Position numbers and translations under genes: made by a program. Below the pieces are notes generated by a model, which saw only the letters and a program-made list of their open reading frames with translations, did no database searches and was not told where the DNA came from. A stretch of DNA of 63,696 nt, filler included, from Octopus bimaculoides (Eukaryota): assembly GCF_001194135.2 (NCBI RefSeq). It is 7 parts of 5 records of this genome, joined end to end, with 100 filler letters (N's around TTAATTAATTAA, not from the genome) between each part and the next. Parts side by side here need not be neighbours in the genome. Positions count along the whole stretch, not along the records: positions 11,048 to 39,068 come from NC_069004.1; positions 39,169 to 47,834 come from NC_068982.1; positions 47,935 to 51,091 come from NC_068982.1; 4 more parts are not named here. The stretch is one strand, 5' to 3'. Positions within the stretch are counted from its first letter, which is position 1; every line of letters begins with the position of its first letter. Below, piece by piece: positions 36,971-51,191 of the stretch.

Positions 36971-38254
36971 AATATTTTAGACTGGGAAAATTTACAGCTT
37001 CCATGGAATAAAATTCACTGTTTACTACCAGGAATAAAACAGAAGAATAAAGGAAAATATATATATAAAATATATATGTTCGTATGTATATTTGTATATA
37101 CATACACACACACACAGATACATATATTTCGAAACGCTTAGCTTAGAATGGTAGCAGCTGATGAAGGAAATATTCTGTATGTGGCCTGTTTGTTTTCTGT
37201 GCTCTGTTTATGTTGTTTTTCATTTTGTCCACGTTTATTTATGACGTCCTGTACCCAGATATGCATCTATATATACATGTAGATGTAGGTACGTACATAC
37301 ATGTACGTATATACGCATATACTCACATTTTATTTGTATTATTATTATATATATATATATGTGTGTGTGTGTGGAGCTCTGGATGTCGGCCAGTTGACTC
37401 CGGTTCTTCAGTAGCAGGACTAAGGTATTTAATAAACTAACAACCTGACGACTAACACACATCGTATCCCAGCCATGAGACCATCGAACACGTTTGCTTT
37501 CACCGACGCCATATTTGCAAATGTCGCCACTCTGATATTCATGGCATTACTGCATCTAATTCGATACAAGAGAAGAATCTTTTTACGTTTTCCAGCCTCA
37601 CATCTTATCCTTTTCTTCTTGTTGTTGTTGCTGCTGCATCTGCTGTTTTTTTTTTGTTGTTGTATATACAGACTGAATTAGTACTTATTCTATCCCTCTC
37701 TTCTGCCGAACCGCTAGTTTACGGTTGTCAAGCGACGATTGGGGGAAATATATATATGTATGTATATATAAATNNNNNNNNNNNNNNNNNNNNNNNNNNN
37801 NNNNNNNNNNNNNNNNNNNNNNNNNNNNNNNNNNNNNNNNNNNNNNNNNNNNNNNNNNNNNNNNNNNNNNNNNNNNNNNNNNNNNNNNNNNNNNNNNNNN
37901 NNNNNNNNNNNNNNNNNNNNNNNNTATATATATATATATATGCTGTTTCTTAGTAAAACTCTTTCTCTATTTCTTTTTTATTTTGTGGAGGAATTGGGGT
38001 GAGGATGGGGTTGAGGGGCGGTGTGGTCTCTTCTCTTAAATCTTTAGTTCGTTTATTTGTTTGGAAGACAGTAAAATTATAGAATTATGGCTGGAATAAG
38101 TGTCACTTAATCTTTTGTAAGACTCAATCAACCTTAACACGCAAACATACGCACATCCATATATGGTCATACACACGCACACACACATTGTCATATTCAT
38201 ATACACGCATGTATATATAGTCATAGAATTTTGTTGGGTGCTTATGTGTTTGTG

Positions 38255-38290
<36 letters not shown>

Positions 38291-38754
38291 TGTGTGCCTG
38301 TGTGTGTATCAAACTGTGTGTGAGTATATACGTATGTTTTGTGCGTATGTGCATGTATCTCCGAGCGTGTGTATATATGTGTATGTATGGGTGTTTATGT
38401 GCTTGGAAACACATATGCGTGTATATTTATATGTATATTTACACACACTCACACACGCACATACGTATATATACACACACGCATATGCATGTATGTATGC
38501 ATGTATATGGCTATCTCAAATATACAGTATATACACATACGTGAATATATATACTTATATACAGAACTAATGAAAGAGGTAAAGGTACATATATAGACAT
38601 ATATAAATACATAGACACACAGACATATATTGAAATATTCAGTGCAGGACGTGTAAGATTGATCCATAGAGTTGTACATACGCGTAGTATGTGATTTTTA
38701 CCCACACAGTAATATGTTTAAGTATATATGTATGAATATAAAAGAGTTTGAATG

Positions 38755-38790
38755 AAAAATAGATAGATAGATAGAGAGGGGGTGAATTAA

Positions 38791-38860
<70 letters not shown>

Positions 38861-39027
38861 ATTAGATAGATAGAGAAAGAAGAATTAAATAGGTAGAGAG
38901 AGAAAATGTGAGAGAAAGAGAAACAGAGAGAGAGGAGTGAATTACAGAGACAGATAGAGAGAGAGAGAGACAGACACACAGACAAAGCAGATAGATAGAT
39001 AGAGAGAGAGAGAGGGGGATGAATTAA

Positions 39028-39068
<41 letters not shown>

Positions 39069-39840
39069 NNNNNNNNNNNNNNNNNNNNNNNNNNNNNNNN
39101 NNNNNNNNNNNNTTAATTAATTAANNNNNNNNNNNNNNNNNNNNNNNNNNNNNNNNNNNNNNNNNNNNATATATATATATATATATATATATATAAATGT
39201 ATGTATATGTGCATATATGCATACATATTTAAATGTATATATCTGTGCTTGTGTGCCTGTGCTCGCGCGTACGTATGTATGTACATTCATAAACACGCCT
39301 ACACACATATACAATACCAGTACCCACACCCACCGCACACTATAAAAGCAATTTATGCTAACATTTTCAACTGAATATCGCTTCTTTTATTCGCTCTATT
39401 TTATGTTTTATTCGTTTCTTTCTTTCGGTTTTATTATCTTCACTTCCGTTTCTTTCTTGTATTATCTCTTCTTTACCTTTACTTTCTCTCAGTCTGTCTG
39501 TATATCTATTTTCCTATATCTACTAATATATCTATCTGTCTATCCACTATGTACCTACCTATTTATCTATCTATTCATCTATTTATACACTTATTTATCT
39601 ATCTTCTATCTATTTCTGTCTATCTATTTGTCTGTCTATTTATGTATTCACCTATCAATTTATATAAGTGTTTGTCTGTATATGTCTCTCAGTTTATCTA
39701 TCCACCTACCTACCAACCCGTCTATATATCTATCTGTTTCTTTGCCTGTCTTTTTATCTATCTATGTATCTATCTACCTGTCTGTCTACACGTATATATA
39801 TCTATGATTTTTATTCGTTTTTTTTATACTAACTCAATTT
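38755..39840. repeat. (GATA)n/(GA)n and (TCTA)n arrays on either side of an artificial spacer
   Basis: Direct reading. Confidence 0.85.
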
Positions 39841-40149
39841 TATTTATTATTTAAATTTTTTTTTGCCTGAATATCAGTTATCGTCACCTTTCACGTTGCT
39901 CCAGTGCTCTGTAGAGATTGGCATGTCAAAGAATAGACAAAACGTTTCCGTTGAGTGTCGTAAAGAGAGACTAAAAAAGGTTGTGGTAGGATTTATACTC
40001 CAGCCTCGTAAAACCCTCACCAGTAACGACTATCCAAAACAGACCCATGGGCTGGAAGGTTGTCGTCTGAGTGGTGCAAAGGTGTCATCCGCCAAGAGTA
40101 GGGAGACATCAACAAACGGATGATGGAGCAACGCGCTGCTACATAATAG

Positions 40150-40780
40150 TTTTACATTTTGGCACAAGGCCAGCAATTTCGGGGTTGAAGGAGGAGGTAA
40201 GTCAATTATATCGACCCCAATGCTCTACTGGTGCTTAATTAATCGACCCCGAAAGGGTGAAAGGCAAAATCGACCTCGAAGGAATTTGAACTCAGAACGT
40301 AAAAACAGACAAAATACTGATAAGTATTTTGCCTGGCGTGCTAACGATTCTTATTTCTTTATTGCCCACAAGGGGCTAAACATAGAGGGGACAAACAAGG
40401 ACAGACAAAAGGATTAAGTCGATTACATCGACCTCAGTGCGCAACTGGTACTTAATTTATCGACCCCGAAAGGATGAAAGGCAAAGTCGACCTCGGCGGA
40501 ATTTGAACTCACAACATAACGGCAGACGAAATACCACTAAGCATTTCGCCCGGTATGCTAACGATTCTGTCAGCTCAACGCCTCAACTAATACACACCAT
40601 AATCCTTTCTGCTATAGCACAAGGCCTGTAATTTCGACTGGTACTTAATTTATCGACCCCGAAAGGTTGAAAGGCAAAGTCAGCCTCGGCAAAATTTGAA
40701 CTCAGAGCATAAAGACAGACGAAATACCGCTAAGCATTTCGCTCGGCGTGCTAACGATTGTGCCAGCTCACTGCCTAAAT
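40150..40780 (-). mobile_element. Three head-to-tail SINE A copies (A1, A2, A1)
   Basis: Central domain tcgaccccgaaagg.tgaaaggcaaa at about 40245, 40460 and 40655, with the A2 tail at 40351-40410. Confidence 0.88.
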
Positions 40781-42186
40781 AATATACAATATGATAATAC
40801 ATATTACAACTGGTATATATTGCAACTAAAACACATCATATGTAATACATGATACAAGTAATGTATAACACAACCAATGCCTAGCAGACCAACAAACACC
40901 GGTCCTGCATTTGATCAGGGTAATGAAGGAGTCTTTAAGTGGTTGCTTGACTTGTTAGAAATAGCAGCCAAATCTCTTGGAAAGAGACACTTTATGTAAT
41001 GTTATTCAAGATTCCCTACACATGGAAAAATAAAAGACAAGAAAGTCATGGTTGGACTAATTTTCATAAATTGTCTGCCCTATCATGACTGATCTAGAGC
41101 TAAGCTGTAGCAGAGACTATATTTTTTTCCTCCAATGGTATCTCCGCTTCCACCACTAATGCATAACCTTACATAACCATACATAACGACGACCACCACC
41201 ACCATCGCCAATACCACCACACTCACCGCCGTAACTAATACACACTCAACCACGCATCCTCACTGTCACACACCATCTCTGCACACAATACTCCCTGCGT
41301 TCGATCCCCACCACCGTCAACTCCTTGAAAATCCCCAGCCACAATCTTCCAAACTCACCCACAGTTTTCTTTCTAAGCCCAGCCTCTCCAACACCGCCTG
41401 ACCCCACCTTCACAGCACCTCACACACACAACCACAAGATTATTTTCCATACACACAAATGTGCTATGGCAAGGCGAAGGCTGTGTGTGTGTATGTGTGT
41501 GTGTGAGTGTGTATGTGTGAGTGTGTATGTGTGTGTATTTGTTTGTCTGTGTGTGTCTGCGTGCGTGTGTGTATATGTGTGTGTGTATGTGTATGTGTGT
41601 TTCAATACTGACCTTTAGGCATATACCGTTGAAATTCCTTGTTTCCTTCTGATCCAGCTTGATCTATCTAGATCCACTTTGACGCTAATCCTCTCTGAGA
41701 TTAAGGTCATACACACGCGCGCGCGCATATACACACAAATGCACACACAAGCAAAGCACACACAACACACGCACAAACACAAACACACACATACATAAAC
41801 ACATGGACACACATACATAAACACATGGACACACACACACACACACACACATGCTAATACACATACATGTACACAGCACAAGCACACACACACACACACA
41901 CATACACACACACATTTCCTCTTCAAATATGCATCACGGGTATTTCAGGAAAACTGGGTCACGAAGACCTTTGCTTCCACCTGCAAGTGTGAGATCATTT
42001 TGGCAAACATTCCGTAAAGAAACTTAGACGAATTGGATGGAGTAATGCGAGGTGTTGTGAAGGTGAGATCGCATGAGGGTGAGGCGTAGTGGGAGTAGAC
42101 GAACGACAGTTAGATATTTCTGCTTACTAAATCAAGGTCCGATGGGCTTAGTGCTTTTCTCCAGTTTCCTTAACGTTATACGAATG

Positions 42187-42246
<60 letters not shown>

Positions 42247-43443
42247 AGAATATAGATAGAGTACTGTTTTATTTCACAAATTATTTTGCCATATAGAAAT
42301 CGAACTCGGCCTTACTGGTTAACATAGTGAAGTGCTACAGATGCTTACAATAGTGAATCATACTGCATTGACGTAACTTATGTTAAAACTTGGAAAATAC
42401 ATTCATAATTTGCTGAGAGTAATTTGACAGCATGCCCACTGAACGCCTTGATTGAGTAAAATTTGCATGACGTACATCTTCAGTTAAATATTCTTAAAGA
42501 AGTTGAACCTACCATAACAGTTTAACGAAGCAGTTTGTCAATTCTGCCGTGCTATTACTGCTTAAATTGTTCCAGCTCTGCACTACTTTAACAGAGCGCA
42601 TTAATGTAATAAGACAGAAAGACATGATCGATGTCAGTGTACGAACCTTCGATTTCTTAGTATCCCGTTGACACAGTCATCCTTGGTACCAATTTGCAAT
42701 ACTACGTAAAGTAATGATGGCTTTTCACTCAGGCACAAACGATAAAACTTGGGTTGGTATGGTTGATAAAATTGATGTTTTCATTTGCCCGCCGTGCTAG
42801 CGATTCTGCAAGGTAACCGCCTTGTAATAGTAATAATATATTAAAACATAATATGATAACAGATTCACAGTGTGTCACGTATTGTGAATTTTAATACACA
42901 AAATAATAACAAGTGAAATAACTACATTGCATTTACAAATCTATCGTATTTCCTTAAACAGTCAAAAGGAAATATTTGAACTAAAATTAACCGAACGATT
43001 GTACGTTTAGTACTTCAATAAGTTTTCCATTTGTAATTATCTGAGCTACAAATCTCTGAGAGAAATATTGCTGCTCCATAACTGAATGAGGGAATGTATT
43101 GCCATTGCATATTTCCTGCAACTGATTTCATCCAGCATACAACCAGTATTTACTAAACAAACAAAATAAAAAGGAAAATTAATTTCTTTTCCGTTTGAAA
43201 TCATTGATTAAAAAAATATAAAACGTTCACATGCTAGCTACAGTAATTTCTGGAATACCAGAACAGACAATCAATCAAGTAAACAAACATATTTAACAAA
43301 AACCGACGCTTTTAATGGTTTATTGTTTGGATATGTTGCACCGGGAATATAATGATAGGGCTACACAAAACATTCTGACATGTAGTTATTATGATGTGTT
43401 ACTAATGCTTTAAAAACGCACAGTTTAAAATCGTCGTCACATA

Positions 43444-43652
43444 CGAGGGGGTGCCGAAAAGTTCTTGGCTTTGAGTTAAAAGAAAATACAAGAGGATCAG
43501 TTAAATACAATTTTATTCAACTCCCCGCCCTCTCAGATTCACACGCTTATTGCAGCGGTCCTTCAGCTTTTCTAAGCTTTGTAAAAGAACTCGGAAGATT
43601 GGGCCTCCAACCAGGTGTTTCGCAATGCCAGGAACTTCTCAGCACTCCCTCG
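43444..43652. mobile_element. 209 bp mariner-type MITE
   Basis: TIRs cgagggggtgccgaaaagttcttggc and gccaggaacttctcagcactccctcg with TA TSDs. A related left TIR lies at about 58413. Confidence 0.82.
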
Positions 43653-44214
43653 TATATGAGAAAAATTGTAGGTGCAACGCTAATCACAAAACGAGCGTGG
43701 ATGATTGCTGTTATCTGTTTGATGTCACTACTTGATTCGAAGGTACTCTTAGTGTAGTTCTCTGTTTTACGAGCATTCATATATGACTGGGATAAAGAGG
43801 TTCGCTGCGCAAGGACGGGATTTAGGGATCGATACCGTTACGCGGCACGTCAGGAAAAGTATCAAAACACAAAGCTTACGGTCGACGAAAAACTTGTGAT
43901 TAGATACAAACTATTTTAGCACGCATTCCTCAAACCACTTAGCTACTCAGATCTTGTTGACAGTTTGCGTGGGAGTAAACTTGCAATTGAAATTACAAAC
44001 CAAACCAAAATGATGCGCTCATCTCTCATCCACTAAAAGAATTACAGAAACTAGGAGAGAAGCATGGAAACAACATTAGTTCTTCTCGTATCATATACTT
44101 TGTGTCTGTGGTAGGATTACGGAAATGATAAACTTAAGCGTATGTAAATCATGTTTTGTTTGTTAGGTGTTTTGCTTTAGCTAGCTGCTTTAATACATTC
44201 TCACACATTCTGAC

Positions 44215-44395
44215 ACACTTTTGGGGAGGTGGCCAGTCGATTACAACGCCTCCAGTACTCAACTGGTAGTTAATTTATCGACTCCGCAAGGATGAAAGGG
44301 AAAGTCGTCTTCGGCAGAACCACAACTCGGAACCTAAAGACTGGCGGAATGCTGCCAAGCATTTTTCGCGGCGTGCGAACGATTCTGCGTGCACA
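44215..44395 (-). mobile_element. SINE A variant
   Basis: Shares diagnostic changes with 46180-46372. Confidence 0.78.
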
Positions 44396-45309
44396 CGCTT
44401 TTCTTTCATTTTCGCTTAATATAATCTATCTATCTATCTACGTGGCCGTCTGCCATTCGATCTATGCCTTTCTAAAACTATAGGTGTGAACGAATCTTCC
44501 TTATTGGAGTTACTTCCCTTGGGTGTTGTTTTAGATGCTAAATGCCCTTACTGCCTGTTTTTGACTTTGAGTCGCTTAGATGATCTCAGTTTATCGGTGT
44601 TTTTCAAGTTACTATNNNNNNNNNNNNNNNNNNNNNNNNNNNNNNNNNNNNNNNNNNNNNNNNNNNNNNNNNNNNNNNNNNNNNNNNNNNNNNNNNNNNN
44701 NNNNNNNNNNNNNNNNNNNNNNNNNNNNNNNNNNNNNNNNNNNNNNNNNNNNNNNNNNNNNNNNNNNNNNNNNNNNNNNNNNNNNNNNNNNNNNNNNNNN
44801 NNNNNNNNNNNNNNNNNNNNNNNNNNNNNNNNNNNNNNNNNNNNNNNNNNNNNNNNNNNNNNNNNNNNNNNNNNNNNNNNNNNNNNNNNNNNNNNNNNNN
44901 NNNNNNNNNNNNNNNNNNNNNNNNNNNNNNNNNNNNNNNNNNNNNNNNNNNNNNNNNNNNNNNNNNNNNNNNNNNNNNNNNNNNNNNNNNNNNNNNNNNN
45001 NNNNNNNNNNNNNNNNNNNNNNNNNNNNNNNNNNNNNNNNNNNNNNNNNNNNNNNNNNNNNNNNNNNNNNNNNNNNNNNNNNNNNNNNNNNNNNNNNNNN
45101 NNNNNNNNNNNNNNNNNNNNNNNNNNNNNNNNNNNNNNNNNNNNNNNNNNNNNNNNNNNNNNNNNNNNNNNNNNNNNNNNNNNNNNNNNNNNNNNNNNNN
45201 NNNNNNNNNNNNNNNNNNNNNNNNNNNNNNNNNNNNNNNNNNNNNNNNNNNNNNNNNNNNNNNNNNNNNNNNNNNGTGTGTGTGTGTGTGTGCATCTGTG
45301 TGTGTGTAT

Positions 45310-45692
45310 GTGTATTCTTTTATTCTTTTATTTGTTTCAGTCATTTGACTGCGGCCATGCTGGAGCACCGCCTGTAATCGAACAATTCGACACCAAGACT
45401 TATTCTTTGTAAGCCTAGTACTTATTTTATCCGTCTCTTTTGCCGAACCGCTAGGTCGGTTGTCAAGCGATGGTGGGGAGACAAATACAGACACAAACAT
45501 ACCCACATCACACACATGCACACACGCACACGCACATATATATACGACGGGCTTCTTTCAGTTTCTGTTTACCAAATTAACTCACAAGGCTTTAGTAGAA
45601 GACACTTGCCCAAGGTGCAACGCAATGGGACTGAATCCGGAACCATGTTGTTGGTAAGCAAGCTACTTACTACACAGCCACGCCTGCGCCTA
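45310..45692 (-). mobile_element. SINE B with internal deletions
   Basis: Head, CORE-like part and tail are all recognisable. Confidence 0.85.
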
Positions 45693-46169
45693 TATATATA
45701 TTTATATATATATAAGTTACCCTTCTTTGGTTCAAACCTTGGTATGACTGCCTTCATTATATTAAATGCGTTAAATTCCAAACGGAAATTAAAACTGAAT
45801 TATCTGCTAACATATGTAGATATTCTGGGGGACATCCTGAATATAACACGTATGTATGTATGTATGTATGTATGTATGTACGTACGTACATTCGTACGTG
45901 TGTATGTATGTATGTATGTGCATGCGTGTGTGTTGAAATATAATTATCATTGTAAATCATTTAAAAAAATATTAAGTGACCCTTTACAGTTCGTGTAACA
46001 TTAAACTAAAAGGCAAGGTAGGTTTATTAGGAAGACCAAGTTGACTGGAAGTTCAAGTTTCGTTATCGGTTCGAACAAGAAATAGTTAAGCCAAAAGCAC
46101 ATATGAAGCAATCATATGAATAGAGTGAGTTCACTCTCACACAACAAGCATCTTAATTGAATATGCTTA

Positions 46170-46372
46170 GGCACACGGCCTGAAACTTTTGGGGAGGTGG
46201 CCAGTCGATTACAACGCCTCCAGTACTCAACTGGTATTTAATTTATCGACTCCGCACGGATAAAAGGGAAGGTCGTCTTCGGCAGAACTGCAACTTGGAA
46301 CGTAAAGACGGGCGGAATGCTGCTAAGCATTTTTCCCGGCATGCTAACGATTCTGCCGGTTCGCCGCCTTAA
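46170..46372 (-). mobile_element. SINE A variant
   Basis: Head aggcggcgaaccggcagaatcgttagc on the minus strand. Confidence 0.8.
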
Positions 46373-46635
46373 GCAAATTCAATGTAATAAAACAAAATTA
46401 GTGTACACTTAATTTATTGGTAATTCTAGAATAAATAAACAATTTATAAACACAATCTTTATCAAAAAATAACTAAAATAATAAAAGCAGTGGAGAAATA
46501 ACAAACAATCAGCAAATGCTAAATGCAGACCACACACTCCAACGAATATCAATGAACCACACAAATGTCGTTGTATCAGTTCTCACCTGAAGATCACTAT
46601 GGCGTGAAACTTGAATCGTAATACGTCTGTGTGTA

Positions 46636-46722
<87 letters not shown>

Positions 46723-47934
46723 CACATTACTTTTTTATCCTTTAATACCACATCAATTTTAGAGAATTCATTATTCTGGAGGTTATCTCCACTTCTATTT
46801 CAAGGTGGTCCTGATTCCCTTTAAGCTATCGAACTTAACGGAATTGGTTCAATAAATCAAGGATTCATATTGTATGATATTTAATATACTTTAATCGTGT
46901 TTGATGTTCAAATAAATGAAACTGGACACTTTGAATTATTTCTCTTATTTCTCTTTAACTAAATTATGCAAAATATCTATGCGATTGCAGTGATCTGCCC
47001 TTTCCTTTTATGTGTCAATTATTCGTCTGCTGGAAACAAGATAAGATAACTGGTACGCTCAAGATATGTCCACAACATATCTCCTCTTGTCCTCTTATCC
47101 CCAGACAAACAGAGTGCCTATTGCTTAGTGGTATGTTAACTCTGGAGGCTCCATTCCAATCGCCACAAAGCAACTGCTCTACCCTCTCTGGAAGAAAGCG
47201 GAGATAGTTGCAAATATATATAGTCTTTGTTTACTGGAATATTTTATATACTATTCTTATAATGCCATTGACCAATCCGAGTTGTTCCTCTCAGTTCACT
47301 TTTGTTTAACATAAATACGCATACGTACACACATATTAACATATATAAATGTGTGTGTGTAAAGTATGAGTGTGTATGTATATCTATCTATCTATCTATC
47401 TATCTATATATATATATATATATATATTAACGCACTCATACATACATAATTATATACATACATATATTTGCATGTATGTATGTATGCAGGTATATATGTA
47501 CGTGTGTGTATGTATGTATGCAGGTATATATGTACGTGTGTGTATGTATGTATGTATGTATGTATGTATGTATATCGCTCTGTCTCATGATATTTCTCCC
47601 ACGCCATCTAAACACTAATACACATCCCAGACATACAAAAGGGGATTATGGTGCCGACGATTCGCTTTCTCGTCCCTTCTCCCGATCCTCAGAATACACA
47701 CAGCTGTGTTGTATGTTCCAAATATAAACATCCGGTGAATTGTAAAGAAAGACAAAGTAAGAGAATCGGTTTTGATTTTCAATTTTATTAATTCATTTCT
47801 ATTTTTCCTTACTTCCCCTTTCTTACTCTCATTCNNNNNNNNNNNNNNNNNNNNNNNNNNNNNNNNNNNNNNNNNNNNTTAATTAATTAANNNNNNNNNN
47901 NNNNNNNNNNNNNNNNNNNNNNNNNNNNNNNNNN

Positions 47935-48167
47935 GGCACATAAAAGACACCATTTCGAGCGTGGCCGTTTTCGTGCGGGTGACACGTAAAAGCACCCACT
48001 ACACTCTCTGAGTGGTTGGCGTTAGGAAGGGCATCCAGCTGTAGAAACTCTGCCAAATCAGACTGGAGCCTGGTGTTGCCATCCGGTTTCACCAGTCCTC
48101 AGTCAAATCGTCCAACCCATGCTAGCATGGAAAGCGGACGTTAAACGATGATGATGATGATGATGAT
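47935..48167 (+). mobile_element. RTE-like short element R, 3' end with (GAT)n tail
   Basis: gttaggaagggcatccagctgtagaaac...ggacgttaaacgatgatgat. I recognise the ggaagggcatcc motif from RTE-associated 3' ends. Confidence 0.75.
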
Positions 48168-48440
48168 ATATATCAAAATAAGCAACAGGATATCATGAGG
48201 TGATGCAGTTCAACCATTTCAAGCAGCTCCATTTAATTGAACAGTGCAATCATTTAAATGCAGGGCTATCCTCAGCTGCATGAATATATAGAATTCTTAA
48301 TGAGCTGGACACATTAATATAATTTTACTCAAATTCTCTAATAGAGCAAGAAGAGGGAAAGAGTCCATGTTTCTACTAATGTAGCCAAGGCTATACTACA
48401 CTTCTAAGAACTGTATGAAGTCATAGCTTGTAAAGGAGTA

Positions 48441-48900
48441 ATCATCATCATCATCATCATTTAACGTCCGCTTTCCATGCTAGCATGGGTTGGACAATTT
48501 GACTGAGGACTGGCGAACCAGATGGCTACGCCAGGCTCCAATCTGATTTGGCAGAGTTTCTACAGCTGGATGCCCTTCCTAACACCAACCACTCCGAGTG
48601 TGTAGTGGGTGCTTTTATGTGCCACTGGCATGAAGGCCAGTCAGGTGGTACTGGTAACAGCCTAGCTCAAAATGGTGTATTTTATGTGCCACCTGCACAG
48701 GAGCCAGTCTGGCGGCACTGGCAATGACCTCGCTCGAACGTCTTTTCATGTGCCCCCAGCACAAATGCCAGGAAGGCGACGCTGGTAACGATTACCCTCA
48801 AATGGTGCTATTTACGTGCCACTGGCATGGAAGCTAGACAGCTGCTCTGGCAATGAACATGCTCGACAGTGTTGTTAGTGCTCCACTGGCATGGTGCCCG
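48441..48900 (-). mobile_element. Element R with an internal tandem array of about 65 bp
   Basis: Reverse complement of 47935-48167 plus five gtgcc-anchored units at 48619, 48686, 48750, 48816 and 48878. Confidence 0.8.
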
Positions 48901-49184
48901 TAATTGAGTATGGTTCAATTACGATTTCACTTGCCCCAACAAGTCTTCACAACTTGATGTATGTATATATATATGTATGTATACATATATATGTGTGTGT
49001 GTGTATGCGCAAGTGTGAATGCATGTCTGTGTATATATATACATATATATATATATATATACGTATATTTATATGTATAAATGTCTAAAGATATATATGT
49101 ATCATGTTATAAGTGTGAATGTAAGCACCTATGTGTATATGAGGATGTGCTTGCGCACATATATACATATGTGTGTATGTATAT

Positions 49185-49220
<36 letters not shown>

Positions 49221-49867
49221 GCACTCACACACATGTTTGTGTGTGGATATGTGTGTATGTATCAGTACGTACATACAAATATGTTTGTATGTGTGTGCAT
49301 GTACGTATACATATTTGTGTGAGTGTGTACATATGTAGACGTTGTGAACGCTGGAGGTTTTGTCTATGTATTGTGAGAATATAGTTGCGTATATTTATAT
49401 CTTCTATGTTTTTCCACCTATTGGAGTTACTTCCCTTTTATTTAACAGATTTTCATAGCGTCTGTTGCCATTAATAGCCAATGAGAATGTATTATAGCTC
49501 TTCGCTCCGATATTTGAAATTCCGAGTACTATAATGACAAACTTTTACTGTTTATTCTAAATTATAACATGTATTAAATGTATAAATATATATACATACA
49601 TATATATATACATATATATACATATACATACCTATACATATCCATAAATATATTTTCATTGCAGCTTTTTTGCAATAAATTTTATTCAACAAAAACATCT
49701 TTAAATGATTATTCCGGAGCATATTCACCAGCTACTTTAATTTTTGCTTGCCATTTTGTTTAAATTGGCGTTTTGTTTAAAAATTTTGTTTAATAAAATT
49801 TATTCTAAAAATCCATAATAATTATGCACCAACCTAATATATATATAAGAATATGTAATGTGTGCAC

Positions 49868-50005
<138 letters not shown>

Positions 50006-50219
50006 ATTGAAAAATTTATATACTCTTTTATTTTATTGCTTCACTGTATTCAGTCACTGGATTGTAAGCACAGCTGGGGCCATGCCTTTAAGGGTTTTAG
50101 TTGCAAATATTGATCCCAATATTTATTTTTGTTTTTGTTAATCAATAATTATTGAATTGCTAAGTTATCTTTTTCATAAAGCACAAATTTTTACAATGGC
50201 CAAGATACAGTCAGACACA

Positions 50220-50259
<40 letters not shown>

Positions 50260-50509
50260 TTTGATTCAGACCTTACAAGTAGCAACCTGTTTCACAGTGT
50301 AAAGTCAGTCATCTTGTAGTATATGTATGATTGTTTAATGAAATATAACAAAATTTACAGTAAGTGGTCAATTATGAAAGGAAACATCAAAGCAATGCTG
50401 GACAGAAAAAAAATTAAGTGAAAGAAAAAAAATGTAGGCCATGTAAAGTAGGACAAACGAAAGAAAGAAATGTAAGCCAAGAAATGAAGTACCTAAATGT
50501 ATTGGTTTC

Positions 50510-50690
50510 ACATTTTGGTGCAAAGCCAGCAATTTTGATTACATCGACCCCAGTGCTCAACTCTGGTACTTATTTTATCAACCCTGAAAGGATGAAAGGC
50601 AAAGTACATGTTGGCAGACTTTGCACTCAGAATATAAAAACATGAAATGTTGCTAGGCATTTTGTCCAGCATGCTAACAACCCTGCCCTG
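50510..50690 (-). mobile_element. SINE A1, degraded
   Basis: gattacatcgaccccagtgctcaactctggtac...gaaaggatgaaaggcaaag. Confidence 0.7.
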
Positions 50691-50702
50691 CTTACCACCT
50701 TG

Positions 50703-51090
50703 TGTTGTTGTTGGCACTCCGTCGCTTACGACGTCGAGGGTTCCAGTTGATCCGATCAACGGAACAGCCTGCTCGTGAAATTAACGTGCAAGTGGCTGAG
50801 CACTCCACAGACACGTGTACCCTTAACGTAGTTCTCGGGGATATTCAGCGTGGCACAGTGTGACAAGGCTGGCCCTTTGAATTACAGGCACAACAGTAAC
50901 AGGAAGTAAGAGTGAGAGAAAGTTGTGGTGAAAGAGTACAGCAGGGTTCGCCACCATCCCCTGCCGGAGCCTCGTGGAGCTTTAGGTGTTTCCGCCCAAT
51001 AAACACTCACAACGCCCGGTCTGGGAATCGAAACCGCAATCCTATGACCGCGAGTCTGCTGCCCTAACCACTGGGCCATTGCGCCTCTGC
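50703..51090 (-). mobile_element. SINE C2, full length, with (AAC)n tail
   Basis: Head ggcgcaatggcccagtggttagggc...ggtttcgattccc and a 3' domain nearly the same as C1 12240-12400. Confidence 0.88.
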
Positions 51091-51191
51091 TNNNNNNNNN
51101 NNNNNNNNNNNNNNNNNNNNNNNNNNNNNNNNNNNTTAATTAATTAANNNNNNNNNNNNNNNNNNNNNNNNNNNNNNNNNNNNNNNNNNNN

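Noticed and set aside
37125-37175. tatttc-GAAAC...CTGATGA-aggaaata as a permuted (type II) hammerhead
   Set aside because: Stem II could pair, but stem III has a mismatch and no stem I hairpin forms. At best a decayed remnant.
43880-43960. KLTVDEKLV resembling the piggyBac catalytic motif
   Set aside because: Flanking residues do not continue the similarity, and no TTAA or TIR was found.
47040-47200. Minus-strand LLCGDWNG resembling an AP-endonuclease GDxN motif
   Set aside because: Single short motif with no supporting neighbouring motifs.
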